DNA of 64,000 bases, taken from Thalia democratica (lineage: Eukaryota). The stretch spans positions 70,928,001 to 70,992,000 of the forward strand of contig OZ241828.1 in the NCBI GenBank assembly GCA_965202585.1. Reading direction: 5' to 3'. Position numbers and translations under genes: made by a program. The notes under the pieces are model-generated. The model saw nothing but the letters and a program-made list of their open reading frames with translations, did not search any database and was not told where the DNA came from. Positions 48,101 through 60,700 of the stretch are shown here, piece by piece; position 1 is the stretch's first letter, and each line of letters opens with the position of its first letter.

Positions 48101-50927
48101 AAAAACTTATGTTATATGAAACAATGTACTGATCACTGTTAATATTGCACAATAACTAACAAAAAATATAATACTTTACAAAACTAAACGATTCGAAAAA
48201 ATTACAAAATAAATGTTATACTATTCCAGCCAAAAAACTGTAAAAAACTTGAATGAAAATCTCAACAAAGGAAAATGTTAAGCTTCTTGCAACAGACTGC
48301 ATGCTAATGTTGTAGATAAAGTTAAAAGTTCAATACTAATGTGAGTAGTTTACAATGTAGTTTAAGCTGCTCTGTACTTATAAAATCATATCCGTTCTTT
48401 GCTTAAAGCAATTATATAAACTGTTTCATAAATTATTCATAGATAACCAATACTCTGTGTGTAGTATTTAAAAAACTTGTAAACTTCTCCAATTTAAGAT
48501 TATAAATATACTGGTTATAGCTGCTTTATATATAAAGTTTGTCATTTATCTTTAATAAAAAGCTGCCTAACTTACTTAATAACAAAAAAATCAAGTAAAT
48601 AAAATCTCCATATATTCAAAGAAACTCTGAACTCTGTTTTATTTCATCATTAAAAGGTTAGCACTGCACTGTTAGCAACTGCTTATAAAACACACGGCTT
48701 AAACTTCAATAAAAATGCCAGTTATCAGTACCAGTGTAGTTCTAACTTTAAACTGCTTCAAACAAAAAGCATTTTGCAGTGAGGCTTACACAGACAAACT
48801 TCAATGAAGCAGAGAGGTAAGCAGCAAAGCCGACTAATTAGAGCAGTGGTTCAGATGTAAGACCGCCTTACTACTTTTACTTCTCTTTTTGTAGTAGACT
48901 GTAGTTTTTACGTAAGGTAGAATAGAGGTGGCGTTATTATTAATTCATTTTGTTTGTGTTGATGCGCAGATAAAAATACTTTGGTTTGAAACAGGCAGTA
49001 ATTAAAAAGGAAAAGCTTTTTTAATGTGTAGTAGTGTATGTAGATACTTTTTTAAAATTTTTTACGACTGAATTAAGTAGGTTTCTGTAGCAAATATTTT
49101 AGTAAACAACTTAAAACATTCCGAGATTTCAATTTAATAAAATTCTTAAATCAAAACTTAAATTATTAAAGCTTTGATTAAATTGGTGATTTATTTGTTG
49201 AAATATAGTCTTAGGAATTAATGTTAGTAGTTTATTGACATTTTACTTAAGAAGGCGTAATAATTATATAACAATTATACGTAAACATTCGTGTTATTAA
49301 AAAATATAGGATGTGGTATATAACTCTCACTACTTTAATGAAATAAACTTTTGAATAACTGCTTTTAATAAAAAATGCTTGAAAATGTTGTTCATAAATT
49401 ACTATACATTGAAACGTTCAAGTTTTGACATTCACGCTTAAGTTTAGTTTGTACTACTTTAGTTATCGATATATACGTTGTTAATTGTAATCTATTGTTT
49501 AATTTTATTTTAAACAAAACAAAAACATGACTGTGGCCACTAGTTTTTTTTATGTATACTAAAATCAGGTAACACAAAATTCTAAGAAATATATACTGAA
49601 AACCGTATTAGAACATTAAAACTAAAAAAATGTAGCAAATATTTCAATGTTTCAAGTACTTAACTTTCGTAATTAAACAAAACACACTTAACACTTTGAA
49701 ATATTTTTTCAAGTAAAACTTAAACTAATATGGTAATGGTCGATTAGTTTGTTCTTTTTTAATGTCAATATCTACGATTTCTAATTTAAATTTTTATTAA
49801 ATTACATAATTTACAAAACAATCACCAACATGGCAGTGGTCGACGCGACCAGTTTACCAAACTCATCGACTTTTGAAACTGAAGATTTCCTGGTGTGTTC
49901 CGGTTGGGTTCCATCTTCAGTAAACACCTCGTTCGCGAACGAAGTCGTCTGCTCAGCGCTCAGCTAAATTAGATTTTTCAATAAAAAGCAAAACAAACTA
50001 AATTAGTTACATAACACATTGACACTTTATATTCAAAAGTAACAAGCACAACTTAATGATATTGTAAAATGTTGTTAAGCTTAATTTTCAATATTTTTTT
50101 TGCATCAATAAAATGTATTTACAGTTTTAAAGTGTGAATTAATGGTGGCCCAAGCTAATATAACGGCGTTTTATAAATTGTGGTTTTCTCTAAAAGTGCA
50201 ATTGAATGAACATAAATTTAATTTGCAATATGCTGTTGCTTCGCGCGAAACTTATTAATAAATTAAATTTTGTAAGTTGAATTTTTCTATTAGGAAACAT
50301 TCTTAAACTAATTTAGTTGCTATAAAAGAGTTAACAAAGTTTTTATTAACTTCACAGAAAATTTAATTACTAAGTTGCAGGAAACAAAAAACTCAATTAA
50401 TAAAACTTGAGTTATTATTTTGTTTGTAACACTTTTGAATTAACCTATTCACTGCTAAAATTTAGTTATTAGAAACCCATTTTTTTATTTTAAAATGATT
50501 TGTTTTCTAAGCTTTTACTAGTTTTTAATAATTTCAAAAAAAAAAAAAAAAGACTATTATAAGTATTTTTTTAAACTACAGTTATCTAAAACATATAAAG
50601 TACTTGAACGTATTCGAGAAAGTAAAATATATTGTTTTGATAAATGCATATTTTACACTGCAATCAAGATAACTTTTAGTATATATTTGTTCGGAATGTT
50701 TTAAATGGAAACAATTTTTAAAATTAGTTTTGAATATATGTTTGTATTTATAAAACAATTTTAAACATTAACTTATCCTTAAAGTAGATTTTGTATAACA
50801 ACAAAACTTGAGTACTCAAAAATAAACCAACCTGATTGTTGGAATTGCTGTTCGCTCCGTTTTGGCGGGAACTTTTCCTTTCGCGCAACTCGTTGTAGCC
50901 TGGTAATGGAGATACTCGGTTGCTCAT
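23510..50927 (-). CDS. TRPA1: TRPA1-like transient receptor potential cation channel (about 16 ankyrin repeats plus 6 TM; 30 coding exons, about 1340 aa)
   Basis: Phase-consistent GT-AG exons: 50927-50832, 49963-49858, 46991-46811, 44635-44551, 43900-43729, 42967-42864, 42591-42403, 39711-39553, 37109-36944, 35981-35780, 35413-35230, 34751-34644, 34376-34258, 34073-33957, 33563-33390, 32876-32725, 32290-32172, 31731-31617, 30201-30152, 29807-29745, 28948-28856, 28085-27914, 27643-27492, 27023-26898, 26713-26513, 26159-26040, 25630-25553, 25091-24985, 24155-24014, 23680-23510 (4023 nt including stop). Repeated TPLH ankyrin motifs; pre-S1 HPLxxxLLNLKW; pore KTFIMMIGEFEY; S6/TRP-like helix IMNLLVGLAVDDIKEVQNNAELTSLAMQV; C-terminal coiled coil. 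Exons 1-4 and the two linker micro-exons are less certain. The symbol indicates family, not proven orthology. Confidence 0.93.
24529..24960. repeat. Degenerate 120-140-bp tandem repeat containing copies of the donor of exon 25091-24985
   Basis: TACCTGGGAAGAATGTA (24679), TACCTAGGAAGAAT (24809) and AACCTGAGAAGAATG (24543) mirror the true junction TACCTGGGAAGGATGTA at 24982. Confidence 0.8.
25221..25390. repeat. Inverted repeat made of two divergent hammerhead-like cores
   Basis: Perfect 21-bp arms at 25268-25288 and 25320-25340 that extend imperfectly outward. The minus arm reads CTGACGA-GGTC-TTT-GACC-GAAA-ATTAG-TT; the plus arm reads CTGACGA-GGTC-TTT-AACG-GATA-CTTAG-TT. Confidence 0.75.
28517..28852. 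repeat. Four tandem copies (about 84 bp each) of the 3' end and donor of TRPA exon 28948-28856
   Basis: AACCATAACATT(A/G)AGTGGGTG(G/A)TTGTCGTGTAAAACTGAAGGTTCATG units start near 28770, 28686, 28601 and 28517. Minus-strand translations include SYFHEPPVLHNNQHFYVM and PYFLQPLTLHDNHSLNVM, versus the exon peptide PYSHEPSVLHDNHPLNVM. Confidence 0.9.
36053..36130. repeat. (AAT)n microsatellite
   Basis: 22 perfect AAT units at 36065-36130, plus 3 more at 36053-36061. Confidence 0.95.
37232..37436. mobile_element. hAT (Charlie-like) MITE in a TRPA intron
   Basis: TIRs CAGGGTCTCCCAAA and TTTGGGAAACCCTG; 8-bp flanks GTCTAGTT and ATATAGTT (6/8 match) fit a decayed TSD. Confidence 0.7.
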
Positions 50928-53900
50928 TTTCGCTGTCACGTGTTTAAATTGTACAAAAGTGGCGTGCAAATTACTTGGAATTACAGAAACACCAAACCAA
51001 CAGACTAATTTATCATGTTTAGTTATTACGCTTAACGTATAAGTATATGTAAATATAAATCTTAATGCAAAAAAACATTGTATTATGTACTAAAATTGGT
51101 AAATTACTTAAACTTGCTTATAAACAAAATTGTTGTTTTGAAACCATCGTTAGATTTGTATTTAAATTTGCTCTGATTTTGATTTTTGATTTTTTGAGTT
51201 ATATAGGACTTTGTTGCAAAAAAAAAACAGTATCAAAAACTTATGTATTATCGTGTGTAAACAAATGTACTAAAAATTACAAATTACTAAAACACCAAAC
51301 CAATGGACTAATTAATCATATTTAGTTATTACGCTAAAGTTTGACGTTAAATAAATAAAGCTTAAAGTAGAATTAATCGAATCTTGAAACTAAGACAAAA
51401 ATTTGACTTTAGAACCATTTAATATTGTTTCTTATTTGATCTAAGTTTTTAAAGCCGTTCAAACAACATTAATAAAGGGTAGAATAAATCCTATAGTTTG
51501 TCTTCAATTGAAAAAATAATGTTATAAAAAAGTTAAAATTGTTTGAAACTTAACAGTTTTTTTTTCTAATTTTAAAAATGAATTCGATTGTTTTCTAAGT
51601 TGTTAAGCATTTCTAAAGAAACGGCTAATTTTTTTATCAGTAGCTTTAAGTTTCAGATGTAAAATAGAATTAACCATTTAAATTGAAAGCTTTATTTCTT
51701 TATCAAAAGTATTGTTGTTATTACCTTCAAAGAAAAACAAATCAAAATGTATACATGCATGCTGCTTAAATAGTAAAGTTAAAGAGATTAATGAATTTCA
51801 AATGTCAATAAATCGAAAAATGTTACTGCAAGCAAAATTGAAACCACCAGCTATTAATATTTAATCACAAAAATACCTTCTAAACTTTTGTTGTCAGATT
51901 CCAGCAAGCAAGAATTTTCATCTACAAATTAAGTACAACATTGCAAATTTTGTTACAATCAGTTTTACAAACTACACACTAACAACACGTAATATGCATT
52001 CTTGATTTTTAATTTAGTAAGTTATACTAACATACAAAAAGTTTTTGTTACTGACCTAGAAACAACATTTACCGCTTATTATTTTTGACATGAAACGTTT
52101 GTTTTTACTTATATAACTAGTTACACTTTTGCCTTAGATTAGTTAAAGAAATGAGCTTTTGAGTTATAAAAACAGACTATTTAAGTTTTTCCATATACTC
52201 TTTTAAACAACTTGCATTGGAAATGAAAAATCAATAGCATGTCCGATATTTTACAATCGATACAGATTTGTTCAGCTAAACTTTGATTTTACATTGTGTA
52301 TTCAAGTACGTTTGTTAGCCTTTTTTTATTTAAACAGTTTGTAAATCTTTGTATAATTTTTTTCAAAAAAACGATTAATGAATTGTTTAAACTTAATATT
52401 AGTAACTAAAGTACTAACAAAACTGTAGAATCTTTTTCAAGTATTTTTTGATATTAAATATTAATCAATGTTTTGTAGTATGATTGTCTTGATATTGTTA
52501 GTAGATTTGGTAATAAGCTTTGTGATTATAACAAGTAAAAAATGCTTAAAGATTTGAAACAGGTTTTTCTTTAAACATATAATGTAACAAATAATTATTA
52601 TTCATACAACGTTTTTAGTCTTCAAGACATTGCTGTATTGTAAAATCTTAAAGATGATACTTGCGCATCAAAAAAGTTTTTACACTTTGTTGCTTAAATT
52701 AGTTATTTGAAAACAAAAAAAGTTTAAAAGAAAAGTATATAAACAGCTTTGATATAACGAAATACTTATAGTTAACTATTTTACTGTAATAATTTACTAG
52801 TAATTATTTTAAGTATATAAGTAACTTGAGCATATCTAAGCACTTGAAAATTAAAACCTAGTGTTGTGACTACAAGACTATTGAAAAAAGTTGTCTTTTA
52901 TATTTTAAAAATGTTTTTACAAATTTGATTGAAACTATTATTTCGTTCGCTTTTTATTGAAGACTTTTATATTATACAATTGTATTATAAACCACAGTAG
53001 TTTTAGATATACTAATCTGCTACCTAAAACTAAAATCAAAGTAGTTTCAATTTAATAAACGGTTTTATTTTGGATGATCACAACTAAATAAATTCGAAAT
53101 TTGTTTTTAAGCCATCTATTTGTACAAATATTTACCTTCTGGTACTTTTCCTGGTATCTCTGTTGAGTTTTTCTTAGATGCCATATTATTTTTATTTATA
53201 GTTATTCATGCCTTAATGTTTAATTAAAATAATCTAGTTGTAAATTGTAAAATAAATTCAAAATTTAAGCAGTTACTGTTTAACTATCTTGAAATTAAAT
53301 TAAAGTAGAAAACTTTAGATATACAGTTTTATAATTATTAATAAAAAACCTAAAGTGTAATAACTTAAAATAAAACAAATTAATAACTAAAAATTTCTTT
53401 GTGTAGTAATTTAGGCATAAACAAGTGAAATTAGACTGAAATTCTTTAAACTTGTTATTGTTGTAATAAATATTTTAAAAGGCGTTTATAACATTTACAA
53501 AATAAATTTAAATTAATTTTTGATAAAAAGTACAGATAATACCAAACACAAACTCGTTTAAAATACTTACTAGATTTATAAATCGCAAAAAGTTCTGAAA
53601 ATACAAATACAAAAACATATAAAAATGCAAAAATACAAACGCAAATACAAATGCAAAAAAAAAAAAAAAACAAACGTTACTACGGTCGATTACAATGGCA
53701 ATTTTTTATGTTTTGTTTGATTTTTTAATCGTTAAACAATTATAGTATGTAAAGTGCATTTTAGGTTTTAAAGGTTTTTAGTTAGAGCACAATAGAAAAA
53801 GCAGTTAAGAATGAAACATTATAAAGAGATTACTTAAGTTTTTAATCTCTTTGTATAAAACACTGAAAACGTTTTTATTTTAAATAATGTAAAAAGCAGT

Positions 53901-54670
53901 TCAAATAAAATGCACAGTTTTTTTAACTCTTAGCTTTTTTTGCTGATACTCTTAACTAAAAAAGCTAACAAATAGTAATAAAAAAAGCAGCTTTGTATAA
54001 TATATTAAAAAAAAAAACCTAAAGTTTCTTAAAAAATTGTCATTGGTTATTCTGGGAAAGCTTATTTACAACAAATCATACTTATTTTTAAAAAATAACT
54101 CACTAAAACATATAAGTAGATGTAAAATCTCTAAAATAAACTTGTTTTAGATTAATGAATTTTGTTTGAAATTAACTAATTTTAATTATTCAACATACAA
54201 ATTGGAAACACATCATTTCTTATTTAAATTTTAAATAAGAGAAAATAAATTTTAACATGCTTTTTTCTTTAGATATCTAAAAAATTATTTAAATTCAAAG
54301 TTTGGAAACTTAAGATATTAAATTTTTTGACTGTGAAAACCTATACTTTAAATTTAGTTAAAATAAAAAAGAGTAAAATCGTTTTAATGATGTTTTAAGA
54401 TTTTAAGCTTAAGTGAAAACAAAAACTGCAAATAAAAAAACAAAAAAAAAAACCAATGACTAACAATTATTTAATCAATAGTAATTTATATATCAAAAAA
54501 AAGTACTAAAAGTATTTTAGTTCTAAAGTTTCATAAACATAAAGAAAAGACGTATTAAACTAAAACTTATAACTATTGATTTAAAACACTCAACGCATAA
54601 CTTTTTCATGTTTGATATCAAACAACGAAATTCAAAATTTCGAGGCAAAATTCTCTTGATTAGCGTTTTA

Positions 54671-54790
54671 CTTTTTCGCTGGTGATCACTCAACCGTATC
54701 GTTGCCTTGGTAGCGAGTAAATGCCGTGTTGCTATTGTTGTAGAAGGTGTGAAATTAAATTAGCGCCTTGTACGGCAGTCGTACGCTGCA
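54671..54790 (-). promoter_or_regulatory. Putative non-coding first exon / promoter island of the TRPA gene
   Basis: Isolated GC/CpG-richer island ending in a minus-strand donor AAAA|GTAAAC at 54670. The first coding exon has an acceptor GACAG| 5 nt before its ATG (50932). No transcript evidence. Confidence 0.3.
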
Positions 54791-55161
54791 TAAAAATACT
54801 AACTTGTTATTTTAAGATTTGTATGTATTGAGCTATCATTTTTTGCACTATACTTGTTTTTAAGTAAATTAAAACAAAAAAACATTGTAGTAAAACTTAC
54901 GTAGTTAATTAAGAAATTTAAACTTTAAATAAACGAGTTAAAAATTTATATTCCATATTTGTAATTCAGTAGACAAAAAAAATTTCAAATTTAAAATATT
55001 TCAAGCCAATTTTACCAAAATAATGTCTAAGTTTTAACAAACTAAAATAAATTCGCACAAAAAAGTGTAATAATAATTGTGAGTTTTTTGCACATTAGTT
55101 TTAGTATTTAAACAAGTGGATGTGACTTTATTTATTCTCAGTTTTGTTATTTGATATACGC

Positions 55162-55765
55162 CAGTGGCGTCGCGTGGTTTTTTGTAAGGGGGTGCTGCAA
55201 ATTGACACTATCAAATAGAAAAATCTCCTAGTTGGAAACATTTAGATATATACTATTATTTTAACTTAAAGAAGAATCGAATTTTCCAATTAAAAAAAAT
55301 TAAACTTATTTGCTAGTTGTAATAACTTGATAGTTTTATTTTTGTTGTATATGTGTTGACCACTGGGATTTGATCTTGCAACATTCAACTCAAAGTGTAA
55401 GCTTTAAATTTAGTATATTCAGTTTGTTTACATCTTTCAATTCATATTATTCAAAACTAATTTTTTAATCATTTGTTGCTGCAGTTAATTGCAGCTCTAA
55501 AATTGCGCTTTTCAACAACTTTTGTATGGAAAATTTGTATATGTTTGAAATGCAGCTGACATAGATTAATCATGCAGCTCTAATTTTATTAGTAATTGTA
55601 GGTCAAATTCGAAAATTAGAAAAATGATCAAATTTATCCTTAAATTTAATAAAAAAAGCGATAAGTCTGAAAAATAGATTAATAGAAAATTTATTTTTCC
55701 GTCTGTTTTGTTGTTTGACTACTTGGAACAACAGCTCCAGTTTGCCACCCCACATAACGCCCCTT
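55162..55765. mobile_element. Possible degenerate hAT-like MITE
   Basis: Left end CAGTGGCGTCGCGTGG versus reverse complement of the right end AAGGGGCGTTATGTGG (11/16 match). No TSD recognised. Confidence 0.25.
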
Positions 55766-57189
55766 ATATAGTCTATGAAAAATTTGATTATTAATTTTAA
55801 TGATAGTAAACCTTTTCTATGCTTATACTTACTTCAACAAGTATATTTTTTGCATTTTAAAAATTATTTTAGTTAAACTTATTTTTTAAAATAAAATGTC
55901 TAGTTACCATAAAAATATCTGAATTAGCTGAATATGAAAAATAGTTAAAAAATAGTTTTATTACAATTTCAAAGAGAATTTGTTTACTACATTTTGAAAA
56001 ACAACTATAAAAGAATAATAGAAATGCAAACAATTTATTAAACGTAATAACACTATGGTTTTAATTATCTTTAAAATACTAACTAATAGTTAAAATACTA
56101 ACTAAAGCTAAATAGCTCACGAAATAAAATTAAAAAGAGTTAATAGAACATATAAAAGTGTTTAATAAATATGATCTGCTGTTTTAAATTAATTATAAAC
56201 TAAGTCTTAAAATACAGTGTATTTTACAACTTTAAATTGTTAAATAAAATATTTACCTTTATTTAGTTTAGCTTCTTGAAACTATGTATACAGTAAACAG
56301 ATTGCAAACAAATATGTATTTTTAACTAATAGTTGTTTTTGTAAAAGTTCACAAAGTTTATCTTAAAATTCTTATAAGTATCACTCAGTTGATGTCACTT
56401 AAATTAAAATAAGGTGTAAAAACTAAAGTTCAAGTATAAAACTTTACAAAGTATAAATAAAAAACTTTTAGAATATATTTTTAACAGACATGGTTTAAAT
56501 AAAAACTATAGCTTTTGTTATTCATAATAAAAATCGGTTTTACTAAATAAACAACACTAAACTAAGCTAAGCAACTATGGTTTGAATCTAAATGTTTTTA
56601 TTTTATGAGAACGCAGTTAAAACTAAGTAACCTGCCAACTAGTAACGCATTTGCTAGGTAAGAACTGCCAGTATTGTATGAAATTTTTATTTGAAAAACG
56701 CTTTGTTCAAAAATAATCTTTTTTGAAATTAGTAAAGAAAACTTTGAACTATTAATATAGAAATACTATATTTAAAAACAAGTTGTACTATAAAATATTT
56801 AAAATCTAAAGGGACCAGAAAATAAGTTGTAATTCACGAGGGGAATGCCCCGGAATGGTGGTCTGATTAGTGGCCATGTTAAACCGCGGTGAAGGTTTTC
56901 TAGACGGTAGCTTTGCTACTTCTAGACTAAAGGGGAGTTTATAATTAGGGTCTATGTTAGATAGAGATTTGAGTCTAAGATAATTTAAATCAATAAATAA
57001 AATCAAGACAAGTAGCAATGTTAAATAACGAATTTATTCAGCTTTAAAATCACTACAAATAAATACAAATCTAGAAAATTGGCAAGTTAGTCAAATATAA
57101 AATTTAGTAGTGTAATAACTTAAATTTATATAAGCCATAATTAAATTGTATATTACATCACTTAACTGCTGGGTTTCAATTCAATTATT

Positions 57190-57590
57190 CAGAGTCAATT
57201 ACACAATTTTTGTACCAATGAGCAACAAACTCAAATAAAAATTGGTTATAAATAAACTGCTTCAATTAATCACAGCCAAATACAGAACTTGTGTTCCAAC
57301 AAACAGCAATTTCAAATAAGTTATAAATGAACTGCTTTAACCACTCAGAACCAAATGGACAATCTGTGTACCATTGAGCAGCAAACTTAAACCCAAATTA
57401 GTTATAAGTGAACTGCTTCAACTACTCAAAGCCAAACAAAGAACTTGTGTTCCAATATGCAGTAAATTCAAATACAAGTTAGCTATACATGAACTGCTTT
57501 AACTACTCAAAGCCAAGTCTACAACTTTTTTTCTAATTAAGCAGTGAATTGACTACAAGTCATTTATAAAAATTGTTTTATCTAACTAAG
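57190..57590. repeat. Tandem repeat, about 81-bp unit
   Basis: TATA(A/C)(A/G)T(A/G)AACTGCTT anchors at 57247, 57322, 57403 and 57484, with a weak copy at 57565. Spacings are 75, 81, 81 and 81. Confidence 0.85.
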
Positions 57591-57768
57591 TTACGTCAGA
57601 AACAATGCATTTTATACTTAACTACATGTGATTTGCAATTAGTAATTTTGTTGATGAATGATTAGCCTGCTAGTTTTATGTTGATATTCAAGAAACTACC
57701 TATTATCAGGGATGCATTGCCAATGCTTTAGTTTTCCCTGCTTACTATTTTAAATTGTTTATTTATTT

Positions 57769-60700
57769 TTACTCCTCATCAGAGTCTTTAAAGTATTTTA
57801 CTGCAGTGTCTGTTAGCCTAAAGTTATAATGTCCCTTTACACCATTTAATTTTTTTTCTCGTTGTACAAACGCTTTTACATTTATATAGCTACTTTTGCT
57901 ACGCCATCGTTTTTTTTTTTCAATTAGCATACTACGTTCTGAATCATGCAATACTTAGTATGGATCATGATACAACGTACTCATTTTTATCTTGATTGTA
58001 CGTCGTACTCAAACCTTCTCACATTTAAATAAGTTCTTTTTGTAAAATACATGTTTGTTGATGTCACTTATGCTCTCGGCATATGCTAAAAATATTGTTA
58101 GAAAAGGCCTTTGTTTCATCTATATCACACTTAAAACCGTCCTCACTAAGTTTGCTAACCAGTGTTTCTCAGGCATATTAGTGCAAGTACCTAATGCATA
58201 CTGTGAATGAATGTAGGGAGAAACCTCAATTTTGGTATTGTTAATGCAGGTAGTGATTATTGGCAATCTCAGGGCCCAATTACTTTTTTGAGTTTTTGCA
58301 CGAAGAGTTTGGATAATTGTGCGCTATTGTCGTTAAACAAAGCCACTCGCCTGTGATAATATGGGGGAGGGGCATGGCGATGATCTACCCCTAATTGATT
58401 GAAACCTTCTTTTAATAAGTTATTTGAAAATTCTTTCCGCTATCATTTAACAGTATTTGGGGAACCCCAAAATATCAATACCAAGACTGTACAAAGGCAT
58501 TTTTTAATTGTCTCAGTCTTTTTATCAGAAACAGGTGCAGTTACTAGGAACCCAGTTCCTCTGTCTTTTGTAGTAAGCACGTACTTATGGCCAATTGAAG
58601 ATAAATCTGCTGGCCCTACAAGATCTATGAGCAAAAACTAGAATCTTTCGGTCTAGTTTGGGCAAAAACTAATTTATGGTTTGTTGTACCTAGCTACTTT
58701 CACTGCTTGACGTTTGAAGCACGACCTTAATAAATGTTCTACATTTTCTTTTAGAGACGGCCACCAAATATCCTTTTGAACAGCCGGTATAGATTTATCT
58801 GTACCTAAATATAGCACCTGATGATGTGTTTGAAGTAGCACCTACCAGCGCCTTGTTATCTGACCTGATTGATAAATTTCTTCCAAGAATTGTGTACTCA
58901 AAGTCTTCTTAAAACTTAAAGTCTTCTTTATAAAATGGCGATCGCACGATTTTAGAGGGTGGTATTTTTTTATGAATAAAATGCCAAAGGAAGCATTTCT
59001 CCTTCCTAACCCTTTTGTTCCAAGACAGCATCCACATGCCTATCTGACGCATCTGTGGTCAACATCAGATGCTTGCCATTATGTTCGTAAGATAGTGTCA
59101 CGGCATTGTCTAACGTGGCTTTAGTCTTATTATACGTCTGAATTTAAGCTGTCTTAAGATTTTTTTTTTATTAGTAGATTTAGGACCCTTAGAAATTTCA
59201 TTTAAATGGGCTATTGTTTTAGCTATATTTAGCACAAATACGTGATAATGGTTACACATGCTATGGAACGTTTCAATTCCTTTATTGTGTTTGGCAGTGG
59301 AAAGTCACTAACAACTTGTACTTTTTTCGTTTATCCGTTCAATCCTAACATTATGTCTTAGGAGCTCAACCTGGAGTCGAGCAAAAACGCTTTTCTCTGT
59401 ATTATGGCATATACTATTTATAGAAATAACTTTTAAGATCCGCTTTAGGTAATGAAAATGTTCTTACCATGTTTTAGAAAGTTTTAATGTATCATTAAGA
59501 TATATGTAAAGGTACCCTTTACAATCCATAAACATGTCATCCATTATCTGTTGAAAAGGTTGGGTCATTCTTCAAGCCAAACGAGCAACGTTTTGGAATA
59601 AAGACCCCCTATGAGTAATAACAGCTGCTAATTTTTGAGACTGTTCCCCAATAGGGAAGTTGTAATATGCTTTCTTTAGGTCAATGGTGCTGAATAACTT
59701 GGTTCCACCTGGAATTATTTCAGACAACTTATCAATCCGAGGTAGTGGATAAGATGGGCGAGTGCATTTGTTCAACCTTGTATAACCAACACATACCCGA
59801 ATTGATTTGTTTTTCTTAGGTACACACGTCACAGGCGAGGCTCCGGCGGTAGCGCTTCCTCGTGCTACTGCAATTATATTTTACAGACTGGAAGTTGTTG
59901 ATTAATTACCTCTCTTGTACCGTTGCACCTCCGAGCTTTAGTCATTTCTGATTGGTAATTGACACAATGATGTTCAAAAAATGATTGTGTTTGGGTGCAA
60001 ACTATAATTTGTCTCTGTGGTGACTTCAAATAATTTTTTCAATAATTTTTTTAAATTCTTCTTCCAAACTACAGTAATGTTGTTCCATGGTTGGTTTCAA
60101 TTTCGTAAAAAGACATGATTTACTAGGCGGGTAACTCTGATGGTTTAAAAAGTTTGGTTTTATTATTAGATGTTAGAGTCTTTACTTCTTAAGTTAAAGG
60201 GCACACTAGTAATTGGTTATTTGTCAAAATATCTAAACCAATAATGCCATAATTCCTATATTCTTTAGTAACCCAAAAATCGTGTTAAATAGGTTCCAAC
60301 TGTCCAAGTCTTAGCAGTATATTTACTGTACCTATGGGATGTATAAATTTCTTGTCTCCTATCACTTGAACTACTTTACTTTCACACGGAAATTATCGAT
60401 CAACTTTTGTGGTAAGTGACTGTGAAACTAGTGATATTTTACTACCCGAATTATATAAAAAGAGAATATTGGCTGTTGAACCCACTACAAACTAAAAGCC
60501 ATGAGGTAAAGTGTTTGTAGTTACTGCTAATTGTTCCATTATTTCAAAAACCTTTTCTCTTTAATCACATTGCAGTTACCAGTGACAATGCTAGTGGGTT
60601 TTGAATTTGTAATATAGTTTTGGTTTTAGATAGCTTTGTGATTTCTTATTTTGGCAACAGACTTTTCAACTAGAAATAAATTTTTTTTTAGACACGGTTT

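Noticed and set aside
48871-48897. Possible 27-nt symmetric cassette exon in TRPA intron 2 (YYKKRSKS)
   Set aside because: The splice sites fit, but such short matches arise by chance and there is no homology support.
49826-49857. Alternative longer end of TRPA exon 2 (TTG|GTGATT, phase 0)
   Set aside because: Not phase-compatible with the exon 3 acceptor, and no bridging exon was found; the GTAAAC donor at 49857 gives a continuous frame.
598-53673. Numerous 60-100 aa AT-rich ORFs (e.g. 598, 2474, 2909, 4801, 21053, 24341, 31245, 44693, 51065, 53455)
   Set aside because: F/L/I/K/N-rich translations typical of random AT-rich DNA or MITEs, mostly with non-ATG starts and no motifs.
55355-55407. 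Minus-strand tRNA/SINE-like fragment (TTAAAGC...GCAAGATCAAATCCCAG)
   Set aside because: Boxes are too degenerate to support without a family consensus.
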